DNA from: Eledone cirrhosa
Lineage: Eukaryota
NCBI GenBank assembly: GCA_964016885.1
Contig: OZ024763.1
Location: 26,784,001 to 26,848,000, forward strand
DNA length: 64,000 bases
Direction: 5' to 3'
The translations under genes were made by a program, and so were the position numbers. Below, one piece after another: positions 1-10,355 of this stretch. Within the stretch, counting starts at the first letter, position 1. Every line of letters begins with the position of its first letter. The notes under the pieces are model-generated. The model was not told the DNA's origin, did not search any database, and worked only from the letters and a program-made list of their open reading frames with translations.

Positions 1-4
1 TATA

Positions 5-64
<60 letters not shown>

Positions 65-98
65 TATATATATATGAATATAGATATATGTATATATA

Positions 99-193
<95 letters not shown>

Positions 194-255
194 TATATAT
201 ATACATATATCTAATATATATATATTAAATATATGTATATATATATGTGTGTGTG

Positions 256-297
<42 letters not shown>

Positions 298-411
298 CAC
301 ACACATATATATGTACATATATCTAATATATATATATATATATTATATGTATATGTATATGCATATATATATGTATATATGTATAATACAATATGTATAT
401 ATGTATAATAT

Positions 412-447
<36 letters not shown>

Positions 448-474
448 AAGATAAAGGATTAGAGAACGAAAAGC

Positions 475-505
<31 letters not shown>

Positions 506-506
506 T

Positions 507-582
<76 letters not shown>

Positions 583-619
583 GTAACGTTAATAACATTA
601 TATCTGCATAAATTTTAAT

Positions 620-2470
620 GGTTCATGGTGGAGTGATGGTGGTGGTGATGGTGGTGATATTTTATTGATGGTGGTGGTGTTAATAGTGGAGGTGGTGTTG
701 GTGATGGTATTTTATTAATGTTGGTGGTGGTGGTGGTGGTGGTGGTGGTATTGATATTTTGTTAGTGGTGGTGGTGGATGTGGTGGTGGTGGTGGTATTT
801 TATTAATGTTGGTGGTGGTGGATGTGGTGGTGGTGGTGGTATTTTATTAATGGCAGTGGTGTTGGTGGTGGATGTGGTGGTGGTGATGGTGGATGTGGTG
901 TTGGTGGTGATGGTATTTTATTAATGGTAGTGGTGTTGGTGGTGGATGTGGTGGTGGTGATGGTGGGTGTGGTGTTGGTGGTGATGGTATTTTATTAATG
1001 GCAGTGGTGTTGGTGGTGGATGTGGTGGTGGTGATGGTGGATGTGGTGTTGGTGGTGATGGTATTTTATTAATGGTAGTGGTGTTGGTGGTGGATGTGGT
1101 GGTGGTGATGGTGGATGTGGTGTTGGTGGTGATGGTATTTTATTAATGGTAGTGGTAGTTGTACACGTGGTACATACAATGTGGTGTCGATGTCGTAATT
1201 AGTGGTGGTGGTGGTGGTGGTGGTGTCGATATCGTAATTAGTGGTGGTGGTGGTGGTGTCGATATCGTAATTAGTGGTGGTGGTGGTGGTGGCATTTTAT
1301 TAATTGTAGTGGTAGTGGTGGTGGTCATAGTGGTATTTTATTAATAGTGGTGGTGATGGTGGTGGTGGTGATCATGGTGGTATTTTATTAATAGTGGTGG
1401 TGGTGGTGGTGGTGGTCATGGTGGTATTTTATTAATAGTGGTGGTGGTGGTGGTGGTCATGGTGGTATTTTATTAATAGTGGTGGTGGTGGTGGTGGTCA
1501 TGGTGGTATTTTATTAATAGTGGTGGTGGTGGTGGTGGTCATGGTGGTATTTTATTAATAGTGGTGGTGGTGGTGGTGGTGGTCATGGTGGTATTTTATT
1601 AATAGTGGTGGTGGTGGTGGTGGTCATGGTGGTATTTTATTAATAGTGGTGGTGGTGGTGGTGGTCATGGTGGTATTTTATTAATAGTGGTGGTGGTGGT
1701 GGTGGTGGTCATGGTGGTATTTTATTAATAGTGGTGGTGGTGGTGGTGGTGGTCATGGTGGTGGTCATGGTGGTATTTTATTAATGGTGGTGGTGGTGGT
1801 GACGGTAGTTGTGTTAGTGGTGGTGATGATATTTTATTAATGGTGTTGGTGGTTGTATAGGTGGTACATATAATGTGGTGTCGATATCGTAATTAGTGGT
1901 GGTGGTGGCGGTAGTGGTGATTGTGATGGTATTGATATTTTATCGGTGGTGGTGGTGGTGGTGGTGGTGGTTGTGGTGGTTGTGGTGGTGGTGTTGGTGG
2001 TGGTGTGGGGGGGGGTAGTGCTGGTATTGGTAGTGGTGGTGATGGTTGTGGTGGTGGCAATGGTTGTGTTGGTGTTGGTGTTGGTCGTGGTGGTGATATA
2101 AGTGGTAGTGATGGTTGATGGTGATGGTTGTAGTGATGTTGGTTGTGGTGGTGGTGGTTATGGTGGTGATGGTTGAGGTGGAGATGGCTGTGGCGGTGAT
2201 GGTGGTGTTGGTAATCGTGATGGTGATGGTATTGATATTTTGTCGGCGGTTGGGTGGTGGTGGTCGTCGCCGTGGTGTTAGTTGTGGTGGAAATGGTTGT
2301 GGTGGTAGAAATGGTTGATGCTTTGTTGGTTGTGGTAGTGATGGTAGTGGTAGTGATGGTAGTGGTAGTGATGGTAGTGGTAGTGTTGGTTGTGGTGGAG
2401 ATGGTTGTTGTGGTAATGGTGGTGATGATGGTAGTGGTGGTGTTGGCTGAGGTGGGGTTGGTGGTGTTGG
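620..2470. repeat. (GGT)n-based compound satellite, including a ~33-39 bp unit (ggtggtggtggtcatggtggtattttattaata)
   Basis: Tandem units are directly visible at 1320-1790. The ORFs here are poly-V/T/G/H artefacts. Confidence 0.9.
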
Positions 2471-2573
2471 TTAAAACTTCTTCATAAAATATATTCTCCA
2501 ATTTTTGAATTCAAAAAAACAGATCCATCTCAATAATATATCGTTGTTGTGCTGTAGTGTTCTTCTTTCTTAG

Positions 2574-2663
<90 letters not shown>

Positions 2664-2694
2664 CTGTTGACTATGTATATTGTATATATCTGTT

Positions 2695-2730
<36 letters not shown>

Positions 2731-2797
2731 GTTGACTATGTGTGTGTGTGTATATATATATATCTGTTGATTATGTATATTGTATATATCTGTTGAC

Positions 2798-2863
<66 letters not shown>

Positions 2864-2922
2864 GATATACACACAGAGAGATGTATATATATATATATAT
2901 ATATATACATAGATCCACACAG

Positions 2923-3041
<119 letters not shown>

Positions 3042-3149
3042 CGATCATAGAGACCACATGATCGTTATATTGTATATCAATCTCTTTATAAATACATATA
3101 TATATATATATGAAATATAAGAATCAAAGAACTGTTCAAAACATTATTG

Positions 3150-3196
3150 TGCTTACAGCTGTTTCCTCCAAACCGAGGTTTGGATTCTTCGGAGCA
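3150..3196 (-). ncRNA. Inverted copy of the PLE hammerhead
   Basis: Reverse complement of 6387-6433, inside the inverted repeat. Confidence 0.78.
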
Positions 3197-3727
3197 ATTT
3201 ATTAATGCATGGACGGTTATATGACCTCCTTTTCAGCCGAGAGACATACCAATACATATTCAAACATTGATACATATTCAAACATTGTGGGTCAACATTC
3301 ATTACAAAATTTAGAGTGGCAGTACACACTTCGAGATTACATTTATATTAATAGGTACAATCAAAAATCAAAGATATAGGTTAAAGTACAACATGAAGAT
3401 AAGTGGTTATATAGTGCAAATGTTATATGTGTGGCACGCATGTGCGTCTTGTTTATATAGTGTGGCAGAGAGATATGTGTGGTAGAGGCACTTAGGTAGG
3501 TAAATAAGAGTGTTAGGTTGGTAGATCTGGTGGCAAAGTCTTTATATGATTGATGTAGTCTGTGTGTGGGGAAATATTATAAATATTAAAGATAGTGCAA
3601 GCATTAAAAGTGTTATAAGTATTGGAGATGCACAACGCAGGGATGTCAAGTAATTCATGTACTTCGGCATTTTCATGGTCAAGGGAGTGTATATTTCGAT
3701 TATATGCCTTTCACATAATCCACGACA

Positions 3728-4943
3728 GCCTAATGAGAAACTTATTTACGTAGATACCAAGTCTAATCACCCTAGATCAATATTAAACTCTATCTCTAAG
3801 GGGGTGTCCAATAGAATCTCTAGTCTGTCCTATGACGCAAACATATTTAGCAAAAACTCACAATATTACAATCAAGCATTAGCTAGCTCCGGCCATAATA
3901 TAGAAATAGAGTTCCTACCTAAGAAAACACATAGCTACAACATCATCTCGCACAACATGTCCATGAGGAAATCTAATAATAGGAATAGCAACCACAAGTA
4001 CACCAAAGCGGAGGGTGCCACCGGAAGTAACCATTACCATGGAAACTACTGTGAGGCCTTAGGAGGAAGCAACACACCAAACACTAAAAGCAAAAATAGA
4101 AGAAGAAATAATACATTTTTCAACCCTCCTTTCAACCTAAATGTCTCCACCAACATACCTAGGGCTTTCTTCTCACTACTAGATAAAAACTTCCCTCTAG
4201 GACACAAGTACCACAACCTCTTAAACAAAAACACCATTAAAATCTCATACTCTACGACGCCTAACTTAGCATACCACATAGCTAGCAGCAATAATAGTAA
4301 AATTAGTTCTTACTTCCAACAAACAAAATCACAACGGGATGCAAACCCTCTAAATACCACTGTAGCAAGCAACAATAGCAACGGCAGTAACAATAGAAAT
4401 AACACTAGTATAAGTAATAACACCAGGGTTGTCAACCTGAACACCCAAAATCCTATATCCACCACACAGACTTCCGCATTGCATTATAACCAGCGGACTA
4501 ACGCACAGAATAATTGTAACTGTAGAGCTAATAGAACCTGCCCCTTAGATAAAAAATGCCTAACCAAGGATGTCATATACTCATGCACAGTCACGACTAA
4601 TAACTCTTCAGAAACCTATGTAGGCTCCACTTCTAACTGCTTCAAAATTAGATATAACTCGCACATCCACTCGTTCAAAAAGCACAGCCTAGCCAACTCC
4701 ACCTCACTTTCTAGCTACATACACTATCTAAAATCTAAAAATAAACCATACACACTCAAATGGGAAGTGATAGGCAGCGCGACCTCGTACAAACCACCTA
4801 ATAAATTCTGTAACCTCTGTATACTAGAGACACACAATATTATCTTCTCCAACCGTAACCTACTTAACAAAAAATCTGAGGTGTTTGCAACTTGCCAACA
4901 CCGCCTCAGACATTCCTTCCAAAACTTTAAGCCCTATATATAG
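3728..4943 (+). CDS. PLE polyprotein C-terminal part: RT thumb, Cys-rich linker and GIY-YIG endonuclease (5'-truncated)
   Basis: Motifs: PNEKLIYVDTKSNHP, FFNPPF, CNCRANRTCPLDKKC, DVIY...YVGST..CFKIRYNSH, CNLCILE, LLNKKSE. The first ~24 aa of the listed ORF (3657-3727) come from the inverted repeat. Confidence 0.9.
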
Positions 4944-6386
4944 CAATGTCGGACTGGAACCTAACACCACATCTAGCATCAAACACCAGAGACACACCCT
5001 ATACTACATACCCAACACTAGCTGATCCATTATAACACAAACAACGACATCCCTCTGGAACCCTTCGCAGGGAAAATACCCATTTATACCTCTACGGCAG
5101 GTGTGACAACATCCACCCACCTGGACGGCACTACACCGCTCTAAGGGTAATTTGAGCATGAATTGATCGGTTGGATGGTGTTGGGCAGAGGAAACACCTT
5201 CCTTAGACAGATGTAAAATGATTTAATCGAGTAGCGCTGTTGACCAGTAGGACCGGGCTGCTGAGCGCAGTGAGTGAATGCAATGCAACTGCCGTGCGGG
5301 TTGTACGTATATGGATGATCTGACGGTCAGAGAGGGGTCGCGAGGACTGCGGATTGACCTTTGGCCTGCCTGGGGACGATTATCTTTCGACATCCAATGT
5401 AGCAAGCGATGACCCAGATCTTACCAGAGATCATTGGGTCCTGAAGCAATCCTGCAATCACCGCGCCTGGTCATATGAGCAGACTACAACCACAGAGATC
5501 ATTAATTTAGAATCCTCGCTCATCATCTATAATTTCCATTTGTAGCACCTTAAGATGGGTTAATCCACCTTAATAATAATATGATCACCTTCAGCATAAT
5601 TTAGTTAAACTACTCTATAGTTAGTGCACTTTATGCTTTAAAAGTCTCTCTTGGAAGGTGCACCTCACCATAGAATTTAGGGTCCATATTGGGACACATT
5701 TTAATGGCTAGATATAGAAACCCCAGAGTTACCTCCCCGCATGCATTAACTCCCCTTAGCCACACACACACTTCCGGTATTCAATGGCGTCTCTCGAAAC
5801 GTAACAACCTCCTGTATCGAACTAAAGAACACCAGACTACGATCTCTAACTGGATTGTCGTGGATTATGTGAAAGGCATATAATCGAAATATACACTCCC
5901 TTGACCATGAAAATGCCGAAGTACATGAATTACTTGACATCCCTGCGTTGTGTATCTCCAATACTTATAACACTTTTAATGCTTGCACTATCTTTAATAC
6001 TTATAATATTTCCCCACACACAGACTACATCAATCATATAAAGACTTTGCCACCAGATCTACCAACCTAACACTCTTATTTACCTACCTAAGTGCCTCTA
6101 CCACACATATCTCTCTGCCACACTATATAAACAAGACGCACATGCGTGCCACACATATAACATTTGCACTATATAACCACTTATCTTCATGTTGTACTTT
6201 AACCTATATCTTTGATTTTTGATTGTACCTATTAATATAAATGTAATCTCGAAGTGTGTACTGCCACTCTAAATTTTGTAATGAATGTTGACCCACAATG
6301 TTTGAATATGTATCAATGTTTGAATATGTATTGGTATGTCTCTCGGCTGAAAAGGAGGTCATATAACTGTCCATGCATTAATAAAT

Positions 6387-6433
6387 TGCTCCGAAGAATC
6401 CAAACCTCGGTTTGGAGGAAACAGCTGTAAGCA
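6387..6433 (+). ncRNA. Minimal type I hammerhead ribozyme of the PLE (CCGAAGA core variant)
   Basis: TGCT-CCGAAGA-a-TCCAAAC(ctcg)GTTTGGA-g-GAAA-C-AGCT-GTA^AGCA. Stem III is palindromic (ACAGCTGT) and stem I is TGCT/AGCA. Confidence 0.8.
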
Positions 6434-6637
6434 CAATAATGTTTTGAACAGTTCTTTGATTCTTATATTTCATATAACTGCTCTGTAAATCATCTGATGT
6501 TTTTACATTGAGCTACTTAACTTACTGGTAATAAGGTAGTAATACATTACTGCCTACCACTATTTAGGGTGTGTGTAAAATACTTACAACTGCTTAAGGT
6601 TTTGTGTTTACATAACCATAAATAGTATAACTAATAC

Positions 6638-6669
<32 letters not shown>

Positions 6670-6692
6670 CATATATATATATACATATATAC

Positions 6693-6759
<67 letters not shown>

Positions 6760-6887
6760 ATTCAAGACCCCGAGGGCTGAGCTCCTGCTATTTCAACAGC
6801 TAGTTCAGATAGTAATAATTTGGTAAAGATATCCAGGGCGTAGAGCACTCAGTCCAAGGGACGAGTTTTAATCTATTACTATATTCA

Positions 6888-7076
6888 ATAATTGTTTCTA
6901 CTTTAGGCACAAGGCCAGCAATTACCCAGTACATTACTGGTACTTTATTTTATCGACCTCGTAAGGATGAAAGGCAAAGTCAACCTCGGCGGGATTTGAA
7001 CTCAGATCGTAAAGGGACGTAACTATGCTTGAAAGCATGGCGTCCGACCCTCTACCGATACTGCCAATCCACCGCC
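6888..7076 (-). mobile_element. tRNA-derived SINE with Meta-type core
   Basis: Reverse complement contains GAGTTCAAATCCC (B box), CCTTTCATCCTTACG..GTCGATAAAATAAAGTACCAG and the tail GCTGGCCTTGTGCCTAAAGTAGAAAC. Confidence 0.85.
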
Positions 7077-7489
7077 ATTACTATATTCAATACTACAACG
7101 AAGACATAACTCGGAGACACGCAAGGACATGTTCAACGAAACACGTGTCTGCGATTCTCCGTGTTATGTTTTATTGTAGCATTAAGGGACGTGGCATGCT
7201 GGGACACGTTCTCAGCCTCTAACATAGTCGCTTCAACCACAAACCCCCTCCTTAATATGTACACATGTACGCCATGGGTAGAGTGTAGGAATTTGTTTTC
7301 TAAATAGAAAAGTATAAGTGACTTCGAAGTTGCAGTCATGCCGCTTCATCTGGCTAGTAGAAGTGAGCTAGAATAGCTCTCCCAGCGCGTCTCTTTCAGC
7401 GTCCTCCGAGGGAAACGCCTTCTCTGTTTTGTCCGCTGGGGCCGCGGGGCGGCCAGCGCATGGTGTATTTCCAGAGTACTCGATACATG

Positions 7490-7620
7490 GGGTAGTAGAG
7501 TATTGTTATATAAAAGAGTCAGGCAGGCCCCGACGGTTAAGCTCTTAGCGTTTCACCAGCTAGTTCCAGTTTGGAATTAGCTATTGAAACGGCAAGAGCT
7601 CAGCCGTCCGGGTCCCGACT
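7490..7620 (-). repeat. Diverged copy of the palindromic HHR-derived repeat family
   Basis: cccgacgg..aagctc..gtttc..agctagttcc|ggaattagct..gaaacggc..gagctcagccgtc, similar to 8941-9051. Confidence 0.65.
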
Positions 7621-8059
7621 CATACACACATATATATATATATTTTAACTTTAATTATATCTCATAAAATAATACAACTGGCTTTCCACATAATACATAT
7701 AGTTAGCACCCCAAACACTTAAATTGGGTTTATACTAACATATAACCTAATGTTTGTTGAGTGAGATGGTTACCAGTCAGAGTTTAGCTTTAAGCTATCT
7801 CTGTTATTGTATTAAATATATATTATATATATAAAATAGAATTTCTCTTACACTCCTGCTGCTGCCATAGAACTTACCTCTAGCTTACAATTCCCCATCC
7901 CCTTTTGAACTCTTGACCAGTCAATTAACACAATCAGATATACGCACACATATTTACAACTTTGTTCTGTGAAGAAACACAGCTGCTGCTATCTTCACTA
8001 CCATCTCTCTATTAACAAGAACTCACTCTCCAGCTAAATTTTGAGCAAGAAAGATGGAA

Positions 8060-8330
8060 GAAAACTTACTCCAACATTTGGTTTTAATTTTAAATCTTAA
8101 ATTTTTAGTTTTTAACTCTTATTAATTCTTTAAAATTTTTTGTTTCAATACTCAACATATTTTATATACTTTATATACATTATAAAACTTAAAAAAAAAA
8201 AGAATTGTCCCTCTCATTTTTTCAATAATGTCACTTTGACGAATCAAAGAAAGGATAAAAAAGGAAAAACAGACCCTTAAATATATTTTCCGCGCTATTT
8301 CCAACTTCACCTTTTCTCTCCCCCTCTCTC
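8060..8330 (+). repeat. AT-rich dispersed repeat, also at 19740-20050
   Basis: Shared sequence aaaacttact..caaca..aaatttttagtttttaa ... ttttcaataatgtcacttt.acgaat ... acagacccttaaatatattttcc. Confidence 0.75.
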
Positions 8331-8392
8331 TCTCTCTCTAAATATTTATATATATATATATATATATTCATTGTCATTACCATAACAGAAGT

Positions 8393-8471
8393 CCGACGAG
8401 CTTTTGATTCCAGAGTCGAGCCAGATCGATACAGATTGAACCTTGAGCTGATCAGTAGCGAAACGCGCGTC
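8393..8471 (+). ncRNA. Hammerhead-like motif with long stem II; stem I not evident
   Basis: CCGACGA-GCT...AGC-GAAA-CGCGCG-TC, with palindromic stem III ACGCGCGT. Confidence 0.55.
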
Positions 8472-8518
8472 CCCAACCAATAAACGTAATGAAGGAGTAA
8501 CTATTCGTCCTTGTATTA

Positions 8519-8578
<60 letters not shown>

Positions 8579-8650
8579 TATAATAAATAAATAAAATAAA
8601 AATGGCGTAAACATTACTATACAATAGGAGGAAATATGATAATAGTACCA

Positions 8651-8686
8651 CTGATGATGTTGCAGATGTGCAACGAAAGAATTTTG
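8651..8686 (+). ncRNA. Degenerate hammerhead motif
   Basis: CTGATGA-t-GTTGCA(gatg)TGCAAC-GAAA-GAATTT. Stem I and the cleavage triplet have decayed. Confidence 0.5.
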
Positions 8687-8704
8687 TTAGACCATATATA
8701 TATT

Positions 8705-8900
8705 TATTTATAACTGTATTTTTAACCGTTGGTCAATCAATGATAAACATTGATTGCCAAATAAATTAACTATGGAGATATAAAAGATACAGAAGCGAAA
8801 ACCAACAAAACAGTGAGTGTGTTCTGTTAATATTTCTGGCAATATTATTACATGACCCTTTCCCAAGTATAACAATATTTGTTTCGACACACGATTTCAT
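8705..8900 (-). repeat. Dispersed repeat (probable PLE 3' fragment), also at 60974-61145 (+)
   Basis: Shared tattgttatacttggg..gggtcat..taatattgccagaa..taacagaacacactcactgttt..ttggttttcgcttct. Both copies are next to (TA)n. Confidence 0.7.
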
Positions 8901-8940
8901 ATCAAAAACCTTGCAAAACAAATATATATATATATATATA

Positions 8941-9130
8941 TAGGAACCAGTAAGACCCCGACGGCTGAGCTCAAGCCGTTTCGACGGCTAATTCGGAGAA
9001 TTAGCCGTCGAAACGGCTTGAGCTCAGCCGTCAGGGTCTTACTGGTTCCTATTACCCACTCTACTACCCTAAGTATTGAGTACTTTGGTGCGTTATGGCC
9101 CACCTAGTTCCTTACCACATTTCCTTCGTT
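8941..9130 (+). mobile_element. Short non-autonomous element with a ~110-bp palindrome containing the 3' half of a hammerhead
   Basis: 8941-9051 is a near-perfect palindrome with GAAA-CGGCT..AGCCG-TC-(A/G)GGG. The tail ccactctactaccctaagtattgagtac...ttccttcgtt is shared with 34598, 41733 and 49394. It sits in (TA)n. Confidence 0.8.
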
Positions 9131-9295
9131 ATATATATATATATATATATAACCAAATATTAATATGGTTCATTGATTATTCAATGAATATAGTTTTACG
9201 ATAGATTAAAAGCACTCTACTACAAAGAAGTTTTCTGGAGTTATTATTATTCAGAATAATAATAAATGAAGACATTCACATAATCAAAATATATG

Positions 9296-9357
9296 TTTTA
9301 TTATATATATTTCGAAGGTACTGTGCTGTTTTTTCAGTACGTCCTCGTCAGATAAAA
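9296..9357 (-). ncRNA. Type I hammerhead
   Basis: Reverse complement: TTTTAT-CTGACGA-GGA.GTACTG...CAGTAC.TTC-GAAA-TATATA-TA^ATAAAA. Confidence 0.75.
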
Positions 9358-9666
9358 TACATGAATTGATGTAGGACATACCTCAACCGTCTTGATAGTT
9401 CAATTCCAGTATTGGCAGGGATTTATTACAACAAATCTCAACATTTATATACCACAAATAATAACATGATATACTTAAATACCACAAATAATAACATGAT
9501 ATACTTAAATACCACAAATATGGTATACTTAAATCTTCTTTAAATTTAAGTATATCATGTTATTATTTGTGGTATATAAATGTTGAGATTTGTTGTAATA
9601 AATCACTGCCAATACTGGAATTGAACTATCAAGACGGTTGAGGTATGTCATACATCAATTCATGTA

Positions 9667-9728
9667 TTTTATCTGACGAAGACGTACTGAAAAAACAGCA
9701 CAGTACCTCCGAAATATATATAATAAAA
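9667..9728 (+). ncRNA. Type I hammerhead
   Basis: TTTTAT-CTGACGA-..GTACTG...CAGTAC..-GAAA-TATATA-TA^ATAAAA. Confidence 0.72.
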
Positions 9729-9929
9729 CATATATTTTGATTATGTGAATGTCTTCATTTATTAATATTCTGAATAATATATATATATATACACAGATAA
9801 ATCTACCAATCAATGGTAGGGTCTAAACCGTATGAAGAACTCAATGTAATCTGTATGTAGATGTCGTGAATCAAAGTTTAAAATACAAAATTTTCAACGA
9901 TATAATTCTTTGGATACAGAGTCAAAAAC

Positions 9930-10266
9930 AGAAATATTAAAACAATGAAATTAAACAAAAAACGGTTAATTCATAGTAAAACTCATTATTTTACGATCGT
10001 TTCTGGGGGCTAGTTCTCCGTATGTCCATTCAATTATTGATCTATGTAAAATATATTACAAAATATCATAGTAAGAAAAAAAATACATACGTCTTGTAAA
10101 AAAAATACATACATCTTGTATGTATTTTTTCTTATTATGATATTTTGTAATATATTTTACATAGATCAATAATTGAATGGACATACGGGGAACTATCCCC
10201 AGAAACGATCGTAAAATAATGAGTTTTACTATGAATTAACCGTTTTTTGTTTAATTTCATTGTTTT

Positions 10267-10275
<9 letters not shown>
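9930..10275. repeat. ~160-bp inverted repeat (fold-back) with GAAACGATCGTA, a possible hammerhead 3' half
   Basis: 9930-10090 is the reverse complement of 10120-10275. Confidence 0.8.

Positions 10276-10355
<80 letters not shown>

Larger units (their letters stand above)
3107..6640 (+). mobile_element. 5'-truncated Penelope-like retroelement with an inverted copy of its 3' region at the 5' end
   Basis: It carries an RT-thumb/GIY-YIG ORF. 3107-3727 is the near-identical reverse complement of 5856-6475. There is a hammerhead motif in the 3' region and (TA)n on both flanks. Confidence 0.92.
9150..9780. mobile_element. Fold-back (inverted duplicated) non-coding element carrying two hammerheads
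   Basis: About 9245-9480 is the reverse complement of about 9545-9780. Same family as 18065-18320. Confidence 0.8.

Noticed and set aside
2505-2574. Possible small - strand exons (LRKKNTTAQQRYIIEMDLFF*; also 20088-20165 and 51415-51467)
   Set aside because: Splice signals are weak and there is no recognisable homology. They cannot be supported without transcript data.
3657-3727. N-terminal 24 aa of the 428-aa ORF
   Set aside because: Derived from the inverted non-coding repeat, so not a real start.
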